Part shown: piece by piece, positions 50,843-62,764 of the stretch
Position numbering within the stretch: position 1 is the first letter of the stretch
Layout: each line of letters begins with the position of its first letter
Source: Octopus sinensis
Taxonomy: Eukaryota
Assembly: GCF_006345805.1 (NCBI RefSeq)
Contig: NW_021832829.1
Location: 434,001 to 498,000 of the forward strand
Direction: 5' to 3'
DNA length: 64,000 nt
Notes under the pieces: model-generated
Databases searched by the model: none
What the model was told of the DNA's origin: nothing
Seen by the model: only the letters and a program-made list of their open reading frames with translations
Position numbers and translations under genes: made by a program

Positions 50843-51330
50843 CACATCGTTATCCACAAAAAACTGTTGTTTCCGGTTCCCGTTTTAGTTTTTTGCACAC
50901 TGATACTGGGAAAGCAGACCTTTGATGGTCCTTGTGCAAGATTTTTGAGTATAACTTCATAAGGGTGTTGAACTCTTTTTCGGTGTAGTCACCTTCCGAT
51001 AGATTTTTCATCACACCATATCTCCCGAATGGTTTTCCAAATTGACGTCGTCAAACTATTTCTGTTTATGGAGGAAACCATTTGAAATCATTTGAATCTC
51101 TCATTGAAAAGTATATAATATCTAGATCTCGCAAATGATGTCAAATCAATTTACCGAATTTGTGTGATACGCCTGCAGAGGAATGCGAATTCTGACACAT
51201 TAAGTAAATTTGGTATTGCTAGTTCAGAATTGCATCTGAGTCATCATCAGAGAGATCTGAACACAAAAAAAACAAAACATTTTTTAATTTTGAAAGAATG
51301 AAAATAAGCAAAAAAACTATTTCTTTTTTA

Positions 51331-52356
51331 TTAATTCATGTAGTAATCTGTCCACGTTTTTTCATTTGACTGTAACATCTCTGAACTGTAAGGAAAAATC
51401 GGTTGATAGGGGTTTTCGTACGAAAAGGGACATAAAATCTCATGGTAATTCATGTTTAGAAAATTTGAATAGTAATTATAGTCAACCGGGGGAAATCCTT
51501 CATAAAACGGTATATAATTAAACATCCATGGGTTTTCAAAATTCTGTAAATACAATGGAAAAATCATAAAATTTTTAAACTGCGACTAACAAAAAATTTT
51601 AACCTGATAATGGTCAAATTCGTCATTCAGCGAAAACTTGTGTGAGGCGGTGGGGACAAATTGTTGGTCAATTGTGTTTTGTTTGCTCGCTTTGAGGTGC
51701 TCCTTGGCCTGATTCTGGCGACCGAAGAATTGATGGAGAACTCTGTGCATTTAAATGGGAAAAGTGCCTGCTGATTGTACTTGTGCTGGGCACTTTGTTC
51801 ACAGGACAGACTTTGTTGGATATCAAAAGAGATCGGATCTCTCTTACATATAAGTAAGGATTCTGAATTTTGTATTTTTTTATTTCCTCCACCACGCGTT
51901 CTATTGCTACTCGAGGCCCCTGCCTTTTCTTTTTTGTATTTACAAGACTACGAATGTAAACTCATTTCACAAATGATAATTATAGAATATTATTACCTTA
52001 ATGTTTTTGTTTTTTTGGTCATGTTTGATAACTGCTTTCTGCTTTGGCAAAGTTCTTTGGATATTTTAGTTGGAGGTGTATCATCATTCCCTTTAAATAA
52101 TTCAGAATAATCAAAAAAAACAAATTTTTTTCTCAAAATCGTTTGAAAAAGTCGAAAAAGCATTATTTTTAAACAAAAGCATAGTTTTTGAAAGGTCTTT
52201 TTGAGATGTGGATCGAAACGGACTACATGGAGACGAATTTGCATCTGATTTGTACTTAAAAAACTGCTCATTGATTTCCATTGATGTTTGTTTAGAGGAA
52301 CTCTGATCCTTCTCCAAAGTTTCTTGCTTTAACAAATTATTATTGAAATCATTCAT
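51331..52356 (-). CDS. Highly divergent paired-box (Pax) transcription factor without an evident homeodomain
   Basis: PRVAIERVVEEIKKYKIQNPYLYVREIRSLLISNKVCPVNKVPSTSTISRVL aligns with the paired RED subdomain; reading frame restored by a ~31-nt, a longer (~47-nt), a 25-nt GC-AG (51743-51767) and a 24-nt intron; Pro/Tyr-rich C-terminus. Confidence 0.8.
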
Positions 52357-53716
52357 TTTGTAAATAAAGCGGTCAACGTATTTATATTGCTAGAATAAAC
52401 GCCATTTATTAAAGCCGATCGATAATCAACTTTGAGTAAAACTGAATCAAGACAACGTGTTTATTAGCAAATATGATCAAAGTCTGCTTTAAGATCAAAC
52501 CTTTCAACTTGAATAATAATTGAGCTTAGTAGTTTAGAATTTGTGCGTATAACCTGTTTTCTGATCGTTTAGTTGGAATGATTGCATTTATTGATGAAAA
52601 TGGAAATTCATGTACACAAGTAGAATTCATTGTAGTCATCAATTTTAAAATGAATGCATTTTCAATAAATATTGTTCTATTTCTTTATAGTTTGGAATAT
52701 TTCTTTACCTAGTCCATCAGAGTACCACTTTTCTTAATAACATAAAGTCTTTCATCGAATATAATATGAAACAGAAATTCGAGAATGGTATTTTTGTTCT
52801 TTTTTGAGGCATTTAGAAAGGATTATGGAAAGTTTTGTGATATTCAAATGCCAAACCACAAATATATGAATACAAGTACAGTTTTCTCCGGTAACTGCTG
52901 AGGCGGGAAGACGCCTAATGTTGGCCATCATGCGCCTATGCACAAGAATTATCTCTGGTAAGATCCTTCCTTTCGCAAGGGATTTACTTTTCTCCGCAAA
53001 TCTGACGGCTCTAAACAAATGTGATGGTGGAGACCCATTGCTGTTGGGAGTGTCTTTAGACGCCTGGGAGCTAAAATTATTTGCCATTCGGTAGTCTGTG
53101 AAGCAAGTAAACTTTTAATGCCGATCCAACTGGGCGTAGGTGTGAAAGGTGATTGTGAAGCAGCCGCCCACGGTATACGGCAGCTGGCTTCTTCCGAAAA
53201 TAATGGAGTCCCTTTCCTCCTTAAACTGGATGTCAAGAATGCATTCAATTCTATCCGTCGAGATCATATTTTAGAATCTGTTCGTAATCGCTTTCCCTCA
53301 TTATATCCCATCGTACATCTATCATATGCCTCCCCAAGTTGTCTCCTGTTTGCTGACAACGTTATTATGTCTGAATCGGGGATTCAACAAGGTGACCCAT
53401 TGGGGCCTCTTCTGTTCTCCCTAGGAGTACATCATATTGCGTCTCAATTATCTTCCAAAGTCAATCTTTGGTATCTTGATGACGTCACACTTGGTGGAGA
53501 TTTGGAGGTCGTGAAAAATGATGTCACAAGAATTATTTCTGGATTTGCTTCTATCGGACTCGTTCTCAACGGATCTAAATCTGAACTAATCCGCCTGTCT
53601 GCAAATCCACTTGAATTTAAATCTATCTTCTCAACTTTGGCTCATCGTATTGAGCATTTGAGCATCACCGCTTTTGACGACCTTATTATCCTCGGATCAC
53701 CAATCAGTGGTAAGGG

Positions 53717-54619
53717 AAAAACTGTCGGATGGCTTAAGAACTTCTTGTGCGAGAGAAAATCGTTCATTCGTTGTGGAAATTTGCTATCGAAGGCCGTGAA
53801 TCTGAGGAGAGGTGTTCCTCAGGGATCGGTTCTCAGCCCCTTGCTCTTTAATATATTTCTGGCCGACGTCCCGAAACCACATTTTCCTACGAGCAGACTA
53901 ATTATCTACGCAGACGATATCTTGGTTACGGATGTCTCGATGTGGGGACCCCGACACAGAAGAAGGCTGTCCTGGAGCAGACTAGAACCGTACTTGGAGG
54001 AACTTGAAATCTGGTGCAATGGTAAAGGCTTGAATCTCGCTCTGGACAAAAGTACCATTTGTTGGATTTCAATGGGTCGTGACAAAAAACCGACTTTCGA
54101 GGATTATGGGAACCTGATTATATCGAAGAACCTACGTTACCTGGGAGTAACTATAGACCCCACCGGGTCATACAAACCCCATGTGCATGCAAAGCGGAAA
54201 CAAGGAGCGAAAATCCTAAAAAAACTGAGGCGTTTTTGTCTAAGCGCAGAAACGTTTCTACACATCTACCAGACTTGTGTTCAGCCACTAATAATCTATG
54301 GCTCGGAGGGCTGGTACCAAACTGATGAAAGGGACCTTCTAATCGCCAAACTCGAAAAAACCAGACGATTTGCCATCAAACTGGCATTCGGCCTGAAGTT
54401 CAGCAGTCCGCTGGAAGACCTGCATGAGCGGAGTGTTGACACGATTGACGCGATCCTGGCAAAAACTCGAACTCGCTGAGGGAGATAAGACAGTCTCCTG
54501 GGGCAAAACCGAAGTTGAGACCTTCGTGGCTCTCGTTATCAAGCCCCCTAAGCTCTAATTCCTCGGCCACTTTTCTTTTGGACCTATTGTAATAAATAAA
54601 CCATATTCATTCATTCATT
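53717..54619 (+). mobile_element. 5'-truncated LINE (APE-type clade RT) with (ATTC)n tail
   Basis: TSD CAATCAGTGGTAAGGG at 53701-53716 and 54620-54635; GVPQGSVLSPLLFNIF, YADD and RYLGVTID; AATAAA followed by ATTCATTCATTC. Confidence 0.92.
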
Positions 54620-55566
54620 CAATCAGTGGTAAGGGTACTAAGAAGGCTCTGGCTAACAAGGAAGAGGAGATAAAAATCCTCATTTCGCGTATCTGTAAAC
54701 TCGAATCACACCTGGGGCTTTGTCTACTCAAGAACTATCTCTTTATTCCGAAACTTACTTTTCTCATGCGCTCTACGCCGTGCTTCCGAGAACAAGAATA
54801 CTTATCTCACCTGGATAATCTGGTTTCCAAAGCCCTTGGGGTTCTGGTAAACATAAAACTCAAATCTGATGATATGGTGCGTGCTAATTTGCCCATCCGT
54901 TATGGGGGCATCGGTATTCGCTCTTGTCGCGACTTATCCCTTCCGTGTTACCTATCATCGTTGTCCGCTTCAACTAATTTCGTCAACTCTGTTCTTTTTT
55001 CCTCTTCTGAACAGTGCGAGTTGTTGGAATATGCGGCTGGTGTCAACGTGTGGGTTTCTTGGGGGCTTAAAGTCCCGGACATTCCGTCGGCTCAAAAGAA
55101 CCGGGACAACATTTATTGTTCTCACACAATTGAAGATATCCGGTCACACGCCGATCAGTTTCAGTTGGCAAGCATTAATTGTGCTTGTCAACCGCATTCG
55201 GGAGATTGGTTGAATGCGTTACCGATCTCGTCAGCGGGCATGTTCCTGGACGACGAATCGGTCCGCATCGGAATCTGTTTACGGCTTGGATAGAGATTTG
55301 CCAGCCGCACCATTGCAGATGTGGACAACTCATTGACAGAAGAGGTTTACACCCTCTCTCTTGTCGCCTCAGTGCCGGCAGGATCCCCAGGCACGCCTCA
55401 TTGAACGACGTTGTGAAGTGCGCGCTTGACGCCGCTGGATTCCCCTCGATGTTAGAACCGATAGGACTAGACCGTGGAGATGGAAAACGCCCTGACGGGT
55501 CGACTTAATTCCCGTTCAGGAAGGGAATGGCACTCGTGTGGGATGTTACCTGCGTAGACTCATTGT

Positions 55567-57420
55567 TAGGGCGATTTTTTTTTAACCTGAAAAATAAAAA
55601 TTTTAACCTAAAAACTTTAACTTTATTAACCTAAAAACTAAAAAAATTAACCCAAAAATTTAACTTTATAAATAAACAATAAAAACACTAAAAATGTTTG
55701 TTGCACATACAAATTACATGATTTTCTAAATTTTCTTGTAGAAAATTTCGGTTGGATCTTAGAAAACTCTTTATTAGAGAGAAAGTTCTTTCAACCGAGC
55801 AAGAGGTCGGCTTACAATTCAGAAGTAATGCATACTCGGCAGGAGATATTTGTGAATTAGTCATTCTAATTATGTTCGAAATATCGTTTGTTTTAAGCCT
55901 TTGAATTATGTATTCTTTGATAAATTTGTTGTCATTCCCAAATTCCAACGATTCTAAACAATAATATGCCTGTTCAATTGTGAAGCGCGTACTTTCAAAT
56001 TTCGTAATAATATCTGCAATAGCGACATTTACTCGAAAACCTGGAATGTTTGAATAGCTTCGGATAAGGTCACATAGACTGCTCACTAATACATGGTTTC
56101 GAAGACTTTCTTTGGCTGTTCGAACTAGATATCCATCATCCGCGAATGATGCGAAAATATTTTGTACTCCGATCAGATTTTCTGAATAGTAAGTAGCGGC
56201 CTTAAGCCAACTCCCCCATCTTGTCAAATGCACACGAGGTGGAATGGCGATGTTTCTGTCTTTAAATATTCGTTTTCTTGTATTGTTCTTGTTAATTGCT
56301 GCTTGTACAGTAGCAATCATCAAATCAATTTCCGGATAGGAAGCTTTTATTTTCTCACAACAATTGTGTAATAGATGAACAGTACATGTGACATGGAATA
56401 ACTTGGGGTACAGATTTTTAAGTATTTTGCCAGCTAAAACTTAAACATGAAATTTTACCCGATTTCATATAATTTGCGGCATCCGAAATTAACAAAAGGA
56501 AATTTTCCCTTTGAACCAAATTATTCCGAAGTACATCGTCGACTATTTGAGCAATGATGTTCTTGTTAGGAGCAGATTCTACGGGCTTAAACGATATCAG
56601 ATATGTTGTTTCAGGAGAATTTAACGATCCAATCATCACAGCAACGTATCTTTGGCCACGAATTTGTGTTTCATCCGCAATAGCAAAAACCTTTTGATCG
56701 CTACGAAATAAAGTAAATTTTTATACACAATTTTTTGTTGAATTATCAATTTTTGATCAATTGCGATTTGATTGACACAGCTTCTAGCCTTCGATGGTGA
56801 GGGTACTCGCACAGAACCTCCGTAAAACAATTCTCTAAGCCATGGCATAGATAGTTTGTTTAGCGGAATATCGGATTTAATGAATGCTCTGGTTACTTGT
56901 AGAGCCCAATCATCATTTTTGGCATATTGGTCAATATTTGTTTGGTGTGATGTGGTCAGATAATCTACAAAAAATAATTTTTATTTCGAATAAACTCAAT
57001 GAATTTTGATGTTTCTGTGAGGATCGATGAGAATTTACAAAATGCCTTTTTTCGCATTTAATATTACACAAACAGAGACGACAATATAATACACCATCCT
57101 CAAGAATCATAAATTCTTGAGGATAATCCTTAACAATGGCTTTAGCTTTGATTTGATACGATTTTGCTATCTTAGGCATGTCAACCAAAAATTTTTGTTA
57201 CAGAATGTATTATTAATTGTTAATTTAAAAAATTAATAAATTATATCAAAAAATATAAGGTTAAAATAATTTTAACCTTATAATTTTAAATTTTAACTTT
57301 TTAACCTAATAATAATGTTTAATATGCATTTATTTATAATAAAATATAGTTAAAAAATCATTTAAATTATTATTTATTTACTATTATTAAATTTTAACTT
57401 TTTTAACTTAGTTCGCCCTA
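55567..57420 (-). mobile_element. Apparently intact hAT transposon (CGGBP1-like transposase family)
   Basis: TIR TAGGGCGA/TCGCCCTA; 8-bp TSD CTCATTGT at 55559-55566 and 57421-57428; TTAACC/TTAACT subterminal repeats. Confidence 0.93.
55688..57179 (-). CDS. hAT transposase, 460 aa after removal of four micro-introns
   Basis: Introns 56965-56995, 56701-56726, 56434-56458 and 56014-56040 give a 1383-nt open frame: zinc finger CRLC..H..QKH, AFIKSDIPLNKL, IADET, SDAANYM, HVTCTVHLLH, TRWGSWL and CSVERTFS. Confidence 0.9.
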
Positions 57421-57880
57421 CTCATTGTCCTCATCATCGTTGGTTGACTCCGCTTCTCGTCCTGGATCTGCATCTGCCCTTGCCGAATCTAGGAAAACTG
57501 CAAAATATGGCTCTTTGACCGATACCTGCTGTTTCATTCCTCTGGCTTTCGAGACCAGTGGGATAATTGGACCCAAAGCCCTCAAACTCCTCTCAGAGAT
57601 TGGTTTAATCATCTTGAGGAGGAGTCACAATAGTCGTGAAACGAGCTGGCTTTTTCAGCGGATATCGTTCGCGATATTACGTGGAAATTGCCTGTCCATC
57701 CGCTCGGCGACTCATCTAATTTAGTTAACTTCTCTATTTTACTTGTTATTTTTTTAAATATAGTACAGTTCTTAATCTTTTTTATTAAAATGATTTAGCA
57801 AAGTTAAAATAAATGTTATAAACATATTTATTATAATTTAATCTTAGTTTAATCATTTAATATATTATAATTAACAAAAC

Positions 57881-59015
57881 ATGGTTGATCGTGACGTGAT
57901 ACAAGCAGATACAGATTTTTTTAACTATGAAGTGGATTTTGACCTAGGAAATTTACTTGTCTCGAATCGTTACGACATAGAACAGTTATTTAGATAATTT
58001 TAATAAAAAAGACATGACGAGACAAAATATCTTGAATCTGCCACAAAAGACGTTCAACGTATTTTTAACGAACTCTGGAAAGTAAAAATTTAATTAAGCA
58101 TGTTTAGCTCCCAAAAATAACAAAGGACAACACTTCATTTATACAAGTATAATTTTTACGTATAAAAAAAGCTTCCAAAATGCACGAGCAAAATTCCCCG
58201 CCAAATGCCAATCCCTGAACCCAAACCTCCCACAAAATGGCAGGAATTTGCCAGACTTAAGGGAATTAAGTCAAAAGAAAAACAAATTTGGAACAACGAT
58301 ACCAAACAGTGGATAAAAAGGGCAGATAAAAATAAAGAAGCTCCAAAAAAGTGGGTCGTCGAATTACCAAATGACCAAAGTTTGGCAATTTTTTTATTTT
58401 AGGTCAATTTACGGATAAATTTTCTGAAGAAAAAAAACTCAAAAAAGAACGAAGCGACAAAAATGAGCGGAAACGTCTTGCAAATTTGACCAGAGCCGGG
58501 AAGAGTGGTTTTTTAATTTATTTGCAAAAATAGCTCTTCCTGCTAATTTCCAGCAGAGCAAGTGCTCAAGTGAGCAAATAAGACAAACTATGAATATTGT
58601 TCGTGAATCCACTGCCTCTTTGGGTAAATTCACGGACACTATGAGGGGCGAAAAGAATCCGCGGAACAAGCAAAGGAGGCGTGATTCCGTTATTTATTTA
58701 TTTTTTATTTTGAAGATTGGTTCAATGTCTGGGGATTTTATAGCAGAGAAAAAACGCCATTTATCAATGGTGGATGAAATAACGACAGTCTCACTTAAGA
58801 ATGTCACTAAAAAATCAAAAAATATGTTTGTTATGATTTAATTATTATTTAGTGAAGATACAAGTAATCAGGTATTTCCTGTCAGCGAAAAAAATGACGG
58901 GAAACGGACTAAAAAAGTCAGGTCAGTGGGGAAGTTCAGGAAAGGGTTGGATTTTCCCGCCAAAAGAAAACATGTCGGTACTGCGAACAAGGCAAAACGT
59001 TTTAAAAAGGATTAA
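57881..59015 (+). CDS. RRS1: Ribosome biogenesis regulatory protein RRS1
   Basis: DFDLGNLL, IPRQMPIPEPKPPTKWQEFARLKGI, KNERKRLANL and STASLGKF; seven introns 57985-58011, 58082-58107, 58147-58171, 58380-58402, 58508-58533, 58689-58715 and 58826-58852 (23-27 nt) give a continuous frame. Confidence 0.93.
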
Positions 59016-59089
59016 AATTTGTTTTATTATTTTAATGTGTTTTTGACCTATTGCTTTTATTTTATTGGCTGTTTTATTAATCAAGAGAT

Positions 59090-59240
59090 TATTGCCTCAG
59101 AGACGAGCGGCGTGATTGAACCCGAGTGAATGAGGATTTATTTGTCAATCGGGAAGCTCATTGGAAAGAGGACAAATGACTCCCGGGAAACAACCTGACC
59201 TTACCAGAGGATATCGATAGTAACTCGCTTGCTATCCGCA
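59090..59240 (+). mobile_element. Degenerate CRE 3' tip
   Basis: ETSGVIEP...TNDSRET..YQRISI remnant. Confidence 0.65.
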
Positions 59241-59401
59241 ATGCGATCAATGGCGAATCATGATTTTCAAAATTAGCAGTTACGATAATTAAAACGATTG
59301 ATTTTCTTTTCGCAAAAAAATTATAGATTAAAAAAAATTATTCCCCTGTAACAAAAATCAAAGGTAATTTAGCGTCGCGCTCGAAGGTAATCTGTACATA
59401 T

Positions 59402-60050
59402 TTGCTAAAAACAGGATTCACTACTAATATAAAATGTTTGCAGGATAAAAACTTTTTTAATGGTCAACGGAAACAGTGTAACCACTGTAAAAGTAAGGCA
59501 ATGACCGTTGACCATTTTGTCAAGAAGTGCGGGAGTATGCTTTACCATGATTACACATGGAGGCATAACGAGGTGGTGAGATTCCTCCATCTTTTGCTCT
59601 ACAATAAGTATGTCTTGAGGCGGTTCAGAAAGTTGCGAACCCATCGAGTTCAATTGGTGTGTGAGAACTCGAAGGTGTGGATTAAAGTGGATACCCACAT
59701 ACGCACCTCGATTGTTGTCTAGCACAACAAACCCGATATTGTAATCTACGATGGGGTCATCGGGGAGATTGTTAGCGTGGAGGTGGGCATCACGTGCTTA
59801 GACAGTTTGCAGATAGTGGAAATGGAGAAAAGGAAGAAGTATGACCTCCTTGCAAACGAGCTACCTCCTTGTAGGACTGATGCACCAATGCAAAGTCCAT
59901 GTCATTCCGTGTATGATGACATGGGATGGACTGGTCACCAAATACCACAAGCGGTACTTAATACAGTTGGGTGTAGATAAGTTCCTACAGGCTTATATGG
60001 TCAACTGTTCTTAAGAGGACTCTCGAGAGTGTCTTGTTTGATGCTCGCTG
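59402..60050 (+). mobile_element. R4/Dong-like retrotransposon 3' fragment (CCHC knuckle and RLE endonuclease)
   Basis: LQDKNFF..CNHC...TVDH...C..RHNEVV, HNKPDIVIYD and VEVGIT..EKRKKYDLLANEL; contains stops and frameshifts. Confidence 0.85.
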
Positions 60051-60069
60051 CACTTTTCCGAAGGTCTAC

Positions 60070-60860
60070 AGTGCCAGAGAAGAGGAGGAAGAGATTTGTA
60101 AAGAGATTTTATTGACCAAAGAACCAGGGTAAGCCAGTTAAATATAATCCCCCGTGATCTCCGATTCATATTGCAAGCGAAGTAAATTCTTCTGAAAGGT
60201 ACGAGCCTGCCCACAATGATCAAACTGAGACGACGATGTCCCAGGGTCAGAGTTTTAGAAATCATTTTTCGGTAGGCATTAAGTGCCTCCTGAGCGTTTC
60301 CATATCTGATTGGAAGTTCCAAGTGACATGTTGGACCCCATAACGCCACGCTAAGACCAGAGAGAAGGTAAGAGATCCTCATTTTTTAACTGTTTCGTGC
60401 CAAAAGGACTCGTCGCCTTGCGGCAGACTCCTTCTCGTTCTGTGAAGACTAATGTGAATAAGACAAAAATCTCCAGTCCACGTGCTGCATCAGTAGATGC
60501 GGCGTGGAATGCATGGATACGTTCCGAAAAGCGGCAAAGGAGGGAGATGCAAGAGAGATGAAAAAACAGATAGTAGGAAAAACAGAGTTGGCCCTTCATT
60601 CTTTTGTTAACCACGTTGCAGAATCTGCACATGGGAACGGCAATGGGGCCCGGATGGGAGATAACCATGCGGGGGGATGAAATCGGACGAACTATAGAAA
60701 AAGAATTGATATAAAAGGAATTAGAAGCAGAAATGAAAGATTGAGGATTGGAAAGAAAATTAGAAATTGATATAGAAATGATTTAGAGAGAAAGAATTAA
60801 TATGAAAAGGAATTACAAAAAGAAATTAGAAATTAGAGGAAAAGAACAACAACGTGCAAC
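60070..60860 (-). mobile_element. CRE 5' end (UTR and degenerate PHD finger), inverted relative to the adjacent 3' part
   Basis: Starts GTTGCACGTTGTTGTT as at 6275; pyrimidine-rich UTR; MCRFC...FFHLSC. Confidence 0.8.
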
Positions 60861-62315
60861 CTGCGGGTCTCTTCCTGATTTCGCTCGTAACCGTTTTATT
60901 TCCAATTCCCTTCTGATTTCGCACGCGAGATCTTCTTTTCTGCTAACCTTGCTACCCTCGGGAAAAAGGACAACGGCATCAGACCCATTGCCGTGGGAAA
61001 TGTTTTCCGGAGGCTCTCTGCTAAGCTTCTGTGTCAACCTATTGTCCCCTGCTTGTCCTCGGAGTTTCTACCTGCCCAACTCGGGGTCGGTGTCTTAAAT
61101 GGCTGCGAAGCGGCAGTTTATTCGATTCGTTAACTAATCGAATCGTTAGAGGAGTTTATCATAGTTAAACTCGACGTTTCGAACGCCTTTAATTCCATCA
61201 GACGTCATCACTTGCTGAAGCGCTGCCGCGAAATTGTTCTTTTTGCATATTCTCTAGTGCATCTCTCATATGCTTCTTCAAGCATTCTTATGTTCTACCA
61301 TGTTCCTATCTCTTCGTCCACCGGCGTCCAGCAGGGTTATCCCCTGGGCCCTGTGCTTTTTGCTCAGGGCGTTAATAGTATCGCTTACTCTGTCCGATCC
61401 CCTATTAACATTTGGTATCTGGATGACGCAACTATTTGTGGTTTTCCTGATGTCGTTTTCGACGACCTCCGCTCTAATCTCCCTTCCCTTTCGGACATCG
61501 GCCTATCTATAAATGCGGACAAATCCGAAATCGTGAACATTAATCTAAATCCAACTCTGTTCATTGCCACAACTTCCACATGCCAAAGTATTCTTTCCGA
61601 CGCCCGAATTACTGCCAAACTGAATCTGACGATTCTCGGTGCTCCTTTGGGTCCTTTTGCCTTTGAAAACTTCATGTCTGGCAAAATCTCGAATCTATCC
61701 AAAGTGATTGAGAAGCTCATAGACATAAAGTCTCATGTGACTTTTTTCCTTCTCTGAAACTACTTTTACGGCCCCAAAATCTCTTACACGCTGAGATATG
61801 CGCTCTGTTTTCACAGGCGTGACTTTTTTTCGAACTTTGACCATATCATCAGCCTCGGTACGAGCTCACTCTGCAATCTGACTTTTGACAATCCTTCCTA
61901 GACCCAGCCATCTTTACCTGTGTGCTGGAACGGCTTTGGCATGAGATTTTATTCCGATTTGGCCTCTCCGGCATTCCTATCCGCTCCCTCTGCTTCCCGT
62001 TCTCTCTTAGACATCGTTCTCAGAAACTCTCCCGAACGGAAATTGTCTGAAGATTACTCGGCTCCTGGGCACGCTTCGAGGTTGGCCGAGGATCCCAAAA
62101 TTCTCAAGAACGGCCACCTCTTGAATTTTCTCCTTTTCACCCCAATCGCTTTGGAGTCTTTGAGGATCTTCGGCCTCAAGACGCTCCGCTTTCTTTGCTC
62201 CCTCGGCCGACGGATTTCAAGAGTAAGACACGATTCCAGAGAGTCATCCTGGCTCTTGGAACGTCTGTTGATCGCCGTGATTCACTATTCGCGAAACTGG
62301 CCGAGCGCTTCGTGA
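60861..62315 (+). mobile_element. CRE RT fragment and 3' tip, same family as 6270-9206, degenerate with an internal deletion
   Basis: SLPDFAR, IRPIAVG, GVQQGYPLGP and WYLDD; GACATCGTTCTCAGAAAC shared with 8549; WLLERLLIAVI. Confidence 0.88.
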
Positions 62316-62378
62316 GATCATTAGTTAAATTATCTCAAATTTTTGTGAATAATTGATTTATAAAATCATTCAAATATT

Positions 62379-62678
62379 ATGCGAAAATATATGGAGAAGT
62401 TATCCGTTGAAGGCCCGACAAGAACGTACATTCAGGGACTTGTCATGAAGAAGACATTGGAGGCAATTGTGGTGGAACATAGGCATGGAATCCATACGTC
62501 TCAAGAGGAATTCATTACGGCAACCAGTCAGTTGGCTGAAGTGGCAAATCAATCTTGCGAGGACCCTTCGGATGAAGCAAACGGGAAAATCTTGTGTTCG
62601 GAGAATGAAAGTGCTGATGGTGCGTTGGTGGAAAGCTCTCCCAAGAGGAGAAAAATTCCAGGAGACGAGGATCATTGA
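62379..62678 (+). CDS. Small uncharacterised ~99-aa protein with an acidic middle and C-terminal NLS (PKRRK)
   Basis: Clean ATG-to-TGA ORF, GC-richer than its flanks; similar to the peptide at 32728-32991. Confidence 0.6.
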   Translation: MRKYMEKLSVEGPTRTYIQGLVMKKTLEAIVVEHRHGIHTSQEEFITATSQLAEVANQSCEDPSDEANGKILCSENESADGALVESSPKRRKIPGDEDH

Positions 62679-62764
62679 GCTAACGTGATTATGAAGACAT
62701 TTTCCAACAAAACTTAGAATAACTTTTGAATTAATTGATTTATGCGAAAATATGATTAGAATAA

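Larger units (their letters stand above)
52880..57724 (+). mobile_element. CRE-clade retrotransposon (5'-truncated) interrupted by a LINE and a hAT transposon
   Basis: Segments 52880-53716, 54636-55566 and 57429-57724 are collinear: [47 protein letters not shown] and FQRISFAILRGN. Confidence 0.92.

Noticed and set aside
50850-51260. Unassigned sequence between the LINE tail and the Pax gene (also 42700-43040)
   Set aside because: No ORF, repeat or motif that I could support
53118-54479. 453-aa ORF with two RT catalytic cores as a novel double-RT protein
   Set aside because: A 16-bp TSD and (ATTC)n tail show it is one LINE inserted in a CRE copy
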